Shown here piece by piece: positions 12,801 to 24,932 of a DNA stretch of 64,000 nt. Location of the stretch: contig JBHGNT010000017.1 of assembly GCA_043228905.1 (NCBI GenBank), positions 15,748,001 to 15,812,000 of the forward strand, written 5' to 3'. Below the pieces are notes generated by a model. The model was not told the DNA's origin, did no database searches, and was given only the letters and a program-made list of their open reading frames with translations. Source of the DNA: Azolla caroliniana. Lineage: Eukaryota > Plantae > Polypodiophyta. A program made the translations under genes and the position numbers. Position 1 is the stretch's first letter. Every line of letters begins with the position of its first letter.

Positions 12801-14027
12801 CTTGGTCGACAATCTGACCGACGGACACCAGGTTCTTCGTGATTGTCGGAACGTGTAATACGTTCATCAGCTTCCCTTTCTGTCCGATGTGGCTTAGAGG
12901 GACTTCTCTGACGTGCACGATTGGGTGAGGAGTGTCGTCTCCGGTTTCGACTACTCCTGGTTGATCCGGTTTCTCCAGAAAGGAGAACCACTCTTTGTGG
13001 CTCGTCATGTGGTTCAACGCGCCGGAATCAACATACCACACTTCCTCCGTTTTGGAAGTGGTCTTCTTCATTGAGTTTGCCTTGTGATTCATCACCAAGG
13101 CTGGCCCCTTACCGGCCTTTTCGGTTCCGGATCCTCCCGATCCGTTTGCGTAGTGCGAGTTTTGCCGGCCATCCTTACCGGTCTTGCCGAATCCGGATTT
13201 GTCCGAATCGGGACGCTTTCTCCAGCACTCGCTTTCCCTGTGGCCCTTTTTGCCACAGTACCAGCATTCCGTAGCGGATTTGTCTTGCCGGCCTCCGGTG
13301 CCGCCTTGACTCCCCCTGCTTGTGGAAGTCTCGGAACTGCTGTCGGCACGCTCATAGTGCCTCCGTTCCTGCTCTTGCCGGCTGCCTCCATTGCGTGCCG
13401 ACCCACCTCTTCCACCACGCCCACGGAGCCGATCCGTTCCCGTGTACAACATTCGGTTGTCCGGGGATGCACTGGTAGATGCACCGGCGTGGTTCTCCTC
13501 TACAAGGAGCATCGACTGTAAGTCGAAGAATGAGGGGGTATTCTCCCTTGTACACACCGCAGTCTGGAACGCTCTGAACTTGGACGCCAGGCCTCCGAGA
13601 CATACCTGCACCATCTCGTCTTCCTCTACGGTAACATTGATAGAGGCGAGCGAGTCGCAGATCTCCTTTATCCGGCCCGTGTAGTCTGCCACGGACATGT
13701 TCTTCTGTCGAACATTGCTCAACTCCTGTCTGAGTTGCAGCTTCCGAGCAGTGGTGCTTGCGGCGAAAACCTTTTTCAGGTTCCCCCAAGCATCCTTCGT
13801 CAGTACATCACCCTGTTTGCCGCCTGTTCCCATACCGGGAAGTCCTTGTGTGCCGAGTCGGGTGCCGCATCATTCGCTCCTTCGACATAACTCCAGTACC
13901 TGTGTCCAAGCAGGTACTGGTGCATCTTGTAAGACCAGGATGCGTAGTTGCTCCTGTCGAGCTTCTCCATCGGGAGCGACGTAGCCATGCCTCTATCCAT
14001 GTCTTCTACTGTGTCTGTTTTCGACAT
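9847..14027 (-). pseudogene. Copia-B gag-pol remnants (ORFs 13800..14027, 11782..13833, 10990..11748, 9847..10938)
   Basis: Frameshifting deletion in gag near 13800, in-frame stop at 11782, two large RT deletions leaving only the [14 protein letters not shown] island; RNase H end followed by about 240 further open codons. Confidence 0.88.
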
Positions 14028-14094
14028 GTTAGGGTTTTCTTCTCAAGAGTAAATGTCTGCAGCAGAGGTTCTCAACCCTCGCGCTTTGATACCA

Positions 14095-14133
14095 TGAAAA
14101 CGTAAGTGTTTGCAGAAGCGTAAAACAGAGAAC

Positions 14134-14181
<48 letters not shown>

Positions 14182-14509
14182 AGAACGTAATTTCAAAATT
14201 ATATCGAGACTCTGTATACACACTGTGCTAAGTAGCACTATTTATACAAGTCCTCTTGGGACTGATAGAAGTACTATGTACTTCAATGCTCACACGAGCA
14301 TCTGACACTTACTACGAGACTATAGCTACCTAGTAGTCTATCCTATACTAGGCTTCCGATTGGACTTCCGGTTACGGATTGCACCCGGCCTCCACTGCTT
14401 GCCGGTTCGGTTGCTCACCGTCATACCGATCCGTTTCGCCCGATCCGTCTCGCTTACCGGCTCCGGCTTATTCAGCCGATCCGGCTCCGGTTGAGCTTGC
14501 CGCTCAACA
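14095..14509 (-). repeat. 5' LTR of Copia-B
   Basis: Matches 9466-9846; abuts the iMet PBS. Confidence 0.95.
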
Positions 14510-14826
14510 ACAATCAACATAGCTCGATGCGGAAATTCGCAAAGCGATGGTTCGGGCCATACGTGGTAACGAATGCAAACGATAATGCCACCTACCACCT
14601 CGCTGAACTTGGTGGGACCAAGATGGCAGTACCAATAGCAGGGAAGCGGGTCAAAATCTTCAAAAAGCCAAATGACAGGGAGCCAAACCTTGATGACCTT
14701 GACGAAGATAAAGGCGAGCAAATGACAAGCCCTAGGATCAATGAGGAGGAGAAAATGAACTATTGACCACCCTCAGCCCGCCATTCTTGGTACATACCGG
14801 AGGATGTGCAGTTTGGTGAGGGTGGA

Positions 14827-16247
14827 TGTCGTGATGTGGCATGCTCAAGTGTGGGAAGAAAAGGCGAAAGGGGGGGGTCAAAATGTGCATGTGCAATGTG
14901 TCTGCACACAAAGGCAATTAATTGTGCACATGCAAAATAAAAGGGAAAAGAAAGGGTGGAAAGGAGGTATAGAAACTCGTGTAAAAAGTAAGACAAAGGA
15001 GAGATGAAAAGTAGAGAGGAGACATGCTATGAATTTCTACTCATAGAATTATATGTTATATAATAGAGAGTTAATGGGTTAGTCGATAGACATATTGACT
15101 CCTAGCTAAAGCTGCACAGTTCAAATCTGGTCATACAATACAGAGTGATTTAAGGAATTTTATTCCTTTTGCATTGATGACGAATGTGGCGACCCCCCTT
15201 CCTTTTCTTCCTTTAAAAGGAGGTCGAGGGGGGCTCATTTGGGAGGATGTTTGGGAGGAGGAGACTATCGTCATTTTTCTTTCGGAGCTCTTCATCTTCA
15301 TCTTCACCATTTTTCTTCATCTCATACCCCGTCATCCCCTCATCACCACGTGCTCGTCTTCTTCATGTTGACGCTCGAAGTGCTCGGGTCGTTTACGGTG
15401 CTTGTGGGCTCGAGCCTCGTTGGATAGGTGTTGGTCCCCCATTCGTCATTATGAACCCGTGTGCTCGCCGTTTGGGTGGTCGTGGTTCGTTGGGGTAGGC
15501 ATTTTTGTGGTGCGGTGTGCTTGTGTGCTCGTCTTCTTCATGTTCGTGCTCGGTGTTCGGGTTTACTCTTGTCTCAAAGGGCATTCACTATTCGTGTTTT
15601 GTTGAACTCGTGGCTAACTAGAAGTCGCCACTTTGTAATCAAACCCTATTTTATAAGGACCCTCTTGCGTTGGAATCGACCACATATTTATTTCTTTAAC
15701 CAATATCATACGTGTTTTTCTTTCTTTTTTTGTTCTCGTCCCCTTGTACATTCGACCGTCTTGTGACGAGGGAGCATTTCGGGCGTGCCCATGCACCTCT
15801 TCTCCTCATAAAGGCATACGAGCATTTGTGCGTGTGTTTGTGTCTTCCTTGTACGTTTGTGTTTTTATTCTCGTCCCTTTCCTTGTACATTTGGCGTCTT
15901 GTGACGAGGGAGCGTTCGGATGTGCCCATGCACCTCTCCTCCTGATAAAGAAGTACGGGCATTCGTGGTTTTGTTCTCGTCCCCTTGTGCATTCATCTTG
16001 CGTGCTCATCTTTGCTTGTACCCGTTTGATCACTTGGCTCGTGCGGTGATCTTGAAAAACTCGACGAGTCGTGATCAACGAAAGCTACCGCCCCCACAAA
16101 AGGGGCAACGAGCCCTTGCTTGGGAAGGGGTAGGGAAGTAGTATTGTCGTAAAGCAAACATCGGGTCTTCTCTATCCCTTCGTACTCCCTAGTCCAAGAC
16201 CCCCGTGGTCCCACCCAAGTAACACACACGTGCGAAACTTCGCGACA
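14827..16247 (+). repeat. 3' LTR of Gypsy-A (about 1.4 kb) with internal duplications
   Basis: Starts TGTCG right after the PPT motif and ends CGACA; carries the TCCAAGACCCCCGTGGTCCCACC U5 motif shared with three other LTR families here. No second copy in the window. Confidence 0.8.
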
Positions 16248-16429
16248 TTGCTCCTACTAGTTACAGAGGAAACAACCTTCTTTAACTATACAACAATAAT
16301 CAACAACTACCTATAAAGTTTTCCCTAGTTGTATTTATACATATACAACTTTCGGGATATTTACATACATAGCCCACAAGGGGCACATTTAGACTATTTA
16401 CAAATATAGTCTCCCGAATTGGTTATACA

Positions 16430-19400
16430 ATCGATTCTCGATTCCGGCCTCAGCTGAATTACCCATTGATTCCATCCGATTTGGCTCGTACTTTGCTTCC
16501 CATCCGGAGGGACCTGTTTTGCAAACAGATACAAGAAAGACCCGGCTATGTGGAAATAGGGAATGATACAATCTACCCCATCCAGCATGTTAGAATTTTC
16601 AGCGAAGAGGGCAATCAGACCTACATCAAGAACATCCTACATGTTCCAACTATAACAAATAATCTAGTCCCAATCGTCTAGATCGTGGAACAAGGCATGC
16701 AAGTTCAATTCAACGACGGTGGTTGCTTCATCGAAAAGGAAGGCCCAATTATCGCTCCCGGACGAAGAGAAGGCCGGATGTTCCATCTCAATTCTCACGA
16801 GATGAAATTGGAAATGTTTGCCAAGGGCCATAATGCCAATGCCAACGCCGACATAGAGCTATGGCACAAAAGAACAAGGCACATTAATCTCCAGAAGCTC
16901 AAAGGAATGCAGTTGAAAGGAGTCATCATCGGACTCCTAACCTTTACCGAGAAGGAGATTACAGGTGTATCCAAAGCCTGCCAGTTCAGCAAACAAAATC
17001 ATCAATTGTTCCCAAAAGAGAGGAACATGAGCAAAGGGATCCTAAATGTAATACATTCAGATGTATGGGAGCCAACCCTGTAAAAGTTATGTGTGGAAGC
17101 GTCGACACAACCGGCCTAGCCGGAGAGCAATAGACAATATGCAGGTTTAATAGAAAGCTTCAAATGCACACAGAGAGTATATGGGAGAGACAGAGAGAGC
17201 AAAACATAAAAACTCAACTCAAAATAATACACTCTGTACATACACCGTGCTCAGTGAGCACTCTTTATACAAGCCCTGACGAGCAGGTTGACACAAGTAC
17301 CATCAGTACTTGAATGCTCATAAATGAGCCTGACAATAATTCTGCCTATAATATTCCTTTCTTACTAAACATAGGAATATAGACCTGCAATGACCTATCG
17401 GAATCCCTCTAACTCAGGTCACCCGAATCAAACTCTCTTTGATTCGGTTCTCGGCTTCTTCAGCTGATTCGGGCCTAGCTGATCGGTCTTCAACCGATTC
17501 GGCTCTCGACTTCTTCAACCAATTCGGCCCATGTTGACCTTGTCTCTTAACAAACCCAAACGACAACATTCGGCGATTGCTGATACTATGTGACATTCCT
17601 CGATGACTTCTCTAGGCACACTTGGATCTATCCTATGCGGCAAAAGGGTGAAGTATTCTCACACTTCCAAAAGTTTAAAAACAAAGTAAAAAATCCAACC
17701 AGTTGACATGTACGGTGCCTTCGATCGAATGGAGGCAAAGAGTACTTCCCCGATTCCTTCACAACATACGTTCAACAAGAAGGAATTTGGCGGGAATTTA
17801 CTTGCCGACACACACCTCAACAAAACATAGTAGCCAAACGGAAAAATCGGCATATACTTGAGGTGGCCAGGGCAATGATGAATCAAAAAAAGTTGCTGAA
17901 ATCATACTAGGCTGAAGCAGCGAACACGATTGTCTATCTAATGAATCAGTGCACAACATCCAAAGTGCAGGATGTAACCCCCCACAAGAAGTTCTATGGA
18001 AAGAAGCTGGACCTATTCCACGTAAGGATATTTGGCTCTATCATGTTTGTACAGATTCCCGATGAAAAGCGGCAAAAGTTAGATCCAAAATCGGAGAAGT
18101 GTATCCTCATAGGGTACTCACTCGAACAAAAGGGGTATAAGTGCTTTAATCCCTTTACCAAGCAGGTACAAGTGAGTAGGGATGTTGTATTTGACGAATC
18201 GGCATCCTGGTACACAGCCGAATCAACTCCATCTGTCTGACCAAAACCGATTTCGACATAGACTCAGAGGAGATTGATTGACTAAGGCTCAAAACATAGG
18301 AAAGTTCAATCACAACCAAGTTGAGTGGACCACAGGAGCCTCAAAGTGACCAAAGCATGTGGCGGCCAAGTCCAAAGCTAGACACAGGGAAGGCCAAAAT
18401 GCCTGAGTATGAAGACTCAGATGGAAACAAATCGGCTCACTCACTTGACAATGAGTATGGTGGATTGGATGTGCCTATCATGAGGACACCAAGAGCCAAG
18501 GAAGTGTTCATAAAGCCGAGTGAATAACTCGGTTGGTCCACCCAAGAGAAGAATGTGGTCAGCCGATCCAACTACAACGACTACATAGCATATCACTATG
18601 CCTTTATGATGAAGGTGGCGACAATTCGTGAACCAGAAAGCTTTTCCAAAGTCGTTAAGGACCCACGATGGGTTGAAGCAATGAATGAGGAGATGCAAGC
18701 ACTCTCTAAAAACGAGACATGGGATCTCATCTCCTCTTCACCCTATCAGAAGGCAATTGGATGCCAATGGATATTCAAAGTGAAGCACAATGTTGATGGC
18801 ACCGTCAATCGGTATAAGGCCCGACTTGTGACAAAGAGCTATGCGCAAATGCATGGGGTCGATTATGAAGAGACCTTTGCCTTGGTGGCAAAGATGAAAA
18901 CCATTCGAACTGTGAACACGCTTGCCGCAACCAAAGGGTGGCACCTCCACCAAATGGACGTAAAAAATGCCTTTCTTCAAGGAAATTAGAGGAGGAGGTG
19001 TAGGACACACCCGATTTTAAGTCAAGGACACACCCGACTACTATTTGCCGACCCAAAAAGCCTCTCTACGGTCTCAAGCAGGCACCTAGAGCACGACATT
19101 CGAAGATAACCCACTATCTTCACCAAATCGGCTTTAAAATATCCAAGTCCAACAATTCTCTATTCATCTAGAATGACTCTAGAGGACAACTTCATCGTTT
19201 AGGGTTGGTCATTGGAGGAGAGCACATAAGGGATATCGAACATACCAAAAAGCTACTCTCCGGCTGATTCGAAATGAAAGACATGAAGGAGCTTCATTAC
19301 TTTCTAGGGATAGAAGTAATTGGGACTCTAGACGACATCATGATCTCCCAACAACACTATATCCACAATCTTCTTTACAAGATTGGGATGAGAGAGTGTA

Positions 19401-20400
19401 AGCCTGTCGCTACCCCTCTCGATTGAAATCTCAAGCTAGATGCCGACTCCGACATAGAAGAGTGTGAGTCAACTCACTACCAACAACTTGTTGGGAGCCT
19501 TATTTATCTCACCATTACTCGGCCCGACCTCAGGTATCCAATTGGCCTCCTTAGCCAGTTCATGCAAACTCCATGTGACATTCACCTTGATTGTGCTAAA
19601 TGAGTACTAAGGTATATGAATGGAACAATGGATTACGACATCCTCTGCAAATCGGCCACCCCGATTCGACTCGAAGGGTACACTGATGCTGATTGGGCCA
19701 AGTACAAAGTTGATTGACGATCAACATTAGGATTCATCTTCTCCCTCGGTAGTGGATCCATATCATGGAGCAGTAAGAAGCAGCTGACAGTTGCACTCTC
19801 GAGCATAGAGGCCAAATTCAGGGGTGCGGTAGTTGCTGCATGTGAAACCGTTTGGCTGAAACGCATCTTGAAGGATTAGGGCATTCCCATCAAGGATCCA
19901 ATTCTCCTCTACTGTGACAACATGAGCAGTATCTACCTAGCCTGCAACCCTGTTTTCCACACTCGGAAAAAGCCCATTGAGGTGCATTATAACTTCATCC
20001 TAGAGTGTGTCTTGGCCGGAGATGTCGACCTACAATACATCAACACGAATCTGCAAATAGATGGCATCTTCACAAAGGCCCTAGGAACCGACAAGGTGCG
20101 GCAATTCACAATGAACCTAGGTCTTTGTATTACCAACCGGCCAAGTTTGAGGGGAGTATGGAAGAGTGAGTCGGCTATCCGAAGCCAAAGTCGACTCAAA
20201 GCCAACCAGAAGACTAGTGACCAGTCCGAACCAACCATCCGGCGAACGAAAATTGCGTTTGAAGGGGCGTGTTAAGAATCAAACTCAACTTTGCCTAGTA
20301 TGGGAACACACTTTAGTATAATCAAGTGTGTGAACACCACACCTCCTAGTATAGTAACAAGTGTGTCATAGATCTTTAAATTCTATAACACATACTTAGT
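16430..20400 (+). mobile_element. Old decayed Copia element (Copia-C), relative of Copia-B: PR-IN-RT-RH remnants; 3' LTR starts at 20270 and appears truncated
   Basis: LHVPTITNNLV, LWHKR, HSDVW, KLDPKSEKCILIGY, YKARLV, LHQMDVKNAFLQG, NPVFH motifs; PPT TTTGAAGGGGCG then TGTTAAG. Boundaries approximate. Confidence 0.85.
17079..17552 (-). mobile_element. Solo LTR (474 bp) related to the Copia-B LTR, inserted in the Copia-C integrase; TSD AACCC
   Basis: TG...CA ends; AACCC at 17074-17078 and 17553-17557; removal restores HSDVWEPTQTTTFG..YYVTFLDDFSR; internal blocks resemble the Copia-B LTR. Confidence 0.9.
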
Positions 20401-21277
20401 AGCATCCCTAAATCTATGTGGAAAGAGTTTGAAAATGTCCAAAAACATTTTCTTACAAAGTTTCTACAAGTTAAGAAACAAATGCCCTACACCCTCCTCC
20501 TCCTTGAGACAGGATCGCTTCCCATTGAGATCATGGCCATGGAAAGGGTTGTTGAATACATGCTTAAGGTTCAAAAAAGTTCCTCACATCGACTTCCTAG
20601 AATTGCATGGGAAGCAAGCAAAAAAATCCAAAAGACGCATAAAAGCAAAATTTTGTGTTCCGGTTGGATGCAAGGTATAGAAAAATGGTTTGGTAGATGG
20701 GATGTGAGACACTTGCTTCATGATGCATCACTAGATTCCTCTGTAAATGAGGCCTTTTTGTAACGCCAATGTATCATGACATGGGACAAATGTGGAGGCT
20801 CACGCTTCACACATTATACTACACATGTTGCACCTAACTACAAAACCATATTCTTTGCGGAACGGGGAAACTGTACACATTGATACATGTTAGAGCCCAT
20901 ACCGTTATCTGCCATTCAAACCATTGCTTCCATGCGACTTAGCTCACATGCATTGCGATGTGAGACAGGGCATTGGGGCACAAGTGATGAGAGTGGTCGG
21001 CTATCCACACTTTGCCCTAAACAAGTTCGCGAGTCTGAGTATCACACTTTGATACAATGCTCTGCCTTTGATCATATTCGACCATGCTTTCCACATCTCT
21101 TCGACCAAGCCCAATCCTTGCATGAATTCCTCTCACAACCACAATGTGCACTCTCAATTGCAACATTCATTGGTAAAGTTCTTGAACATTGAGAGTCACT
21201 GCTCACTTTTAGACGTATCACGTGAAATGTAATATTTTTGGTCTCATAGGTCATATTTGACCTTCGAAGACGTTAAT

Positions 21278-21281
<4 letters not shown>
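20400..21281 (+). mobile_element. 5'-truncated non-LTR retrotransposon (LINE) 3' end: post-RT region and C-terminal Cys/His knuckle, followed by a (TC)n tail
   Basis: ORFs 20416..20763 and 20887..21192 (FENVQKHFL, LLLETG..PIE, RLSSHALRCETG, LCP..ESEYHTLIQC..FDHIR) resemble LINE ORF2 C-termini. Clade not assignable by eye. Confidence 0.75.
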
Positions 21282-21347
<66 letters not shown>

Positions 21348-21396
21348 ATAGGTCATATTTGACCTCCGAAGACGATAATATAATATAATCTATCTA

Positions 21397-21466
<70 letters not shown>

Positions 21467-21480
21467 GCGCGCACACACAC
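21282..21480. repeat. Compound (TC)n/(CA)n/(TATC)n microsatellite with an embedded second copy of the LINE 3' terminus
   Basis: Directly visible; 21347-21390 repeats 21245-21283. Confidence 0.95.
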
Positions 21481-21834
21481 ATATCTTTTCCGCTACATAG
21501 AATCACTCCTGATTCTTTACTGAAATGTTGTCTTATATCATGCAAATACAAGTAATTAGTTTTGATTGACTTAAACAAAATTACATAATGATTAAACATG
21601 TGTACATACAACATAAGAAAAAGAAGAAAAAGAAGAAAAAGTAATATAGGAAAGAAATGGGTGGTTATCTCGGAATCAAGAATCTATGGTGGACGGCTTT
21701 AGTGTCTTGATTGTCACAAGTCACCCATGCACCCTCATGTTTTATGATATTGTGAATCTCTTCTCATCTTTAATGCCCATGCACTTAGTCTATTTGAATT
21801 TGTCAAGTAGACAATAGCATTGCTTTCTAACAAA

Positions 21835-21908
21835 GGCTTAATAGCTTAGTGGGTTAAAGCATTGTGTTAATGACACGAAAGCCATAGGTTCAAGACCTTC
21901 ATGGGTTA
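21835..21908 (+). pseudogene. Decayed tRNA-Ile(AAU) copy (tRNA pseudogene or SINE head)
   Basis: 74 nt, colinear with the plant cytosolic tRNA-Ile(AAU) sequence as I recall it; A-box, AAT anticodon and GGTTCAAGACC B-box present; mismatches mostly C>T/G>A and disrupt stems. Confidence 0.7.
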
Positions 21909-21954
21909 TAATAATATGTTCTTTAACGACCAACTCAAATTGGTCTATGCATTA

Positions 21955-22122
21955 ATGAATTTAGATAAAATTTGTCGAGTTTGTGAAGGAAGGAAACATA
22001 GAAGAAGTTGTAACTGGGAAAGTAGTCATCATGCTTTGATGAATTTAGATGAAATGATTGCCAAGTTTGTGAAGGAAGAAAACATGGATGAAGTTGTAAT
22101 TGGGAAAGTAGTTATCATGCTT
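21955..22122. repeat. Imperfect tandem duplication, unit about 84 bp
   Basis: ATGAATTTAGAT..GTTTGTGAAGGAAG..GGGAAAGTAGT.ATCATGCTTT occurs twice head to tail. Confidence 0.8.
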
Positions 22123-24785
22123 TGTTGTATTCAAATGATATGGTACTTTTTACAAATGTTATATGTTCTCCATTTATTGTATTTGGACATTAGATGTGGT
22201 TGAACTTGACTCATTAACAAAAATTACATGGTTGAGTGCTTTCATTATTTGACATTGTAAGTGTTCATGTTAGGTTCATGTGAGAGTGCAAGTCTTGCAA
22301 TTTTCTATGCTTGGCATCCTCATACCGTTGGGTTTTGAGTGCATCAATAGGGTGTGAGCCAACATGGGTATATCATTAGCGGGTAGCTCAATTGTTTTCA
22401 TGTGCTACTAGAAGATAAGATTTTGATTTATTTGTCTTTTATGTTTTGTTACTAGCATCCCAAACTTGAAGTGGTTGTCTATGAACCTCCATGTTCTTAA
22501 CTTTTCTACATACTTTGATGGCCCTTGCCTTTATTTTGAAGAGCATAATTGAGCACAACATGGTTGCATGATCCCAAGGTGGTGTTGTAAGAACAACTTG
22601 TATACTTATCTCATTCCATGTAGAAGAGGTATACTTCCTCCCCATATAACCGTTTCTACCGCAATCACTGCTATACGAAATATTACCAATACATCTTTGT
22701 TATTGAGATGGTATTCAGAATTGAAGGTGTGGTGGCTTCTTGCAAACTTTTTGGCGATGTTTTGTTGATGCATGTTACAAGCATAACTGTAACCATAGTT
22801 CTCTAACCTTAGAGATTTGGTGTCAGCTAATTCATAAAGAAGAAAGGATGCTAGTAATCAAAATCGTAATCATAGCTCTCTACACTTAGGGTTAGGTGCA
22901 AGCTAATTCATAAGGACACGAACTACAGTTACGGTTATACTCATAACAATAGGTTGCAATTATAGTTGACAAAGCACTATTTGAAACAACACACAAATTC
23001 AATAGATCTACATTTATAAGTTAGGCATGTATAAATATCTTGTTGCTTGGTTTTTACTATCATGTATTTGATTTTCCCTATGCTCATGCATAAGTTTCTC
23101 TCTTCACAAAAATCCTCGACAATGTGAAGTGTTCAAGAGTGTCAACACCACATGTGACTTGCATCACCTTGTCTACATAGAGAAGTAGTGTCTCAAGTAT
23201 CAATGTTTGCTTAGACATAATATTTTTAAAACATCCTTAAATTTACTGGTGTATAAGATACAAAAAATAAGAGACAACCTTAGAAAAGTTGTATGTCAAA
23301 TGATTGAAACATTGAAAATCAACTTAAACTTTTCATAGTAACATGCACGTCATAAAATGGCATCGCACTTGTCAAGTTTGGACATTGGTTCCACCTTCCT
23401 TGTATCTCTTCATAATGTAAGCCCCTCAAACTTAAATTTTGATGTTGATGATACACACCTTGAATTAATTCACGACTATCTTTTTGGAATCCCATTCAAT
23501 AAACATTTCACCGACTTTACATGCATGAGTACATTTTATAACTTGAAAAGATCCTGAGAAGTTGTGAAGCCATCATTTAACTATATAAAACAAACAAAGT
23601 TTGTTTTATAATGAATGCAATGTTCTACACATTGTTTCACATAGGAAATCTTAACCTTTAGGTTGGGAACCATGAGTTTACCACATCACCATCATTTTCT
23701 ACATTTAAATTTAAGAAATCTATTAGCACATGGAGGAGGAACTTTATGTTCAAGAAAAATAGACAACACAAGGAACTAACAACTTGCATGGAACAAAGAT
23801 GATAATGAAGAATTGACTTGACAAGTCTTGTTAATAAGCTTATCTAAACTACATCATGACTATTTTTTTATGTTTGTGCTTAGGAATTCATTTGGATCGG
23901 GCATGATTCCTCAAGTGGACTATCCCTTTACAACAATGGACAAAGTGGGTACACCATGTATTTAATTTCCAAAATAACTAATTGTCGTTACTTCGATTCT
24001 AGTGAACAACATGATTGTACCTTCTCGATCAACCACATTGGGAATCAATGGGACATGTTCCTATGACATTGATTCTCTCTAGAACACTTGTGTTAGATAG
24101 CTCCACCTTATATGAATTCTCGCGCATTACACCCAATGATCTATACTAAGTACCCTCCATTTAAAAATATAGTTCTTGAAGGATTCACAAATGCTACAAT
24201 ATTACATAACACCCTAAAAATACAATTTTTTTTTGCATTGCCATCCACCATCTGTAACATCAGCCTCCCCGATGGTTGTTCCCTCCTAGGGTACCAAACA
24301 TAGAGGTAGGTGTTGAATTGTGAAGTGATTGGCGGGTGTCTTTGCTGAATGTGGGTGTGTGAGGCTCATGTTGATGGGTGTCTGTCGAGTAATTATGTGA
24401 TGAGGCTTAGTTGCTTCATTTATACATGATGTTTTGTTGTAGCCATTGTAAAGTGGCTTGTAACATATGAGTTGTATATTATTCCATGTACTTTTTCTTA
24501 ACTAATGGAAGTAGAATTTTTTTGGAAAAACAAATTAAATAAATAAATTTTTTTGCATTTATTCCATGATGGACAAAAAGTATTGCCAGTTACATTTTAT
24601 TGATTTAAGAGAACATTGAGCCAATCGTAGCAATTGTTGATGATATATTGCACACTATGTGGGTTGTAGGTAAACAAACACAATGTGAGCTTCAAGATGG
24701 TTGCTTATGTTGAGCCACATATCATAGTTGTTAAAAACGTGTATTCTACGTTTTAGAATACTCTGACGAGTCGTACTATATGTCA

Positions 24786-24932
<147 letters not shown>

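Larger units (their letters stand above)
9466..14509 (-). mobile_element. Ty1/Copia element (Copia-B), both LTRs present, RT largely deleted; 5-bp TSD ACAAT
   Basis: LTRs 9466-9846 and 14095-14509 near identical. TSD at 9461-9465 and 14510-14514. PBS TGGTATCAAAGC at 14083-14094. PPT at 9847-9860. Gag knuckle, WYVDSGA, HSDVWGP, SDGGKEY, RNase H C-terminus. Confidence 0.96.
5347..16247 (+). mobile_element. Decayed Ty3/Gypsy element (Gypsy-A), same lineage as Gypsy-G; 5' part lies left of Copia-1; interrupted by Copia-B
   Basis: Fragments in PR-RT-RH-IN order (ALINHGFEINLMS; DLYSGYDQF, LPQG, FLDDI; VDTSPTG, KRELWG; HRGTWAT..CESCQ, ADRGE, YNPEANGKIE), colinear with the proteins at 51560-55600. 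PPT and 3' LTR at 14827-16247. Confidence 0.9.

Noticed and set aside
16248-16429. Possible remnant of another LTR between Gypsy-A and Copia-C
   Set aside because: Only a TATA-like tract and a CA end; no partner copy or TSD visible.
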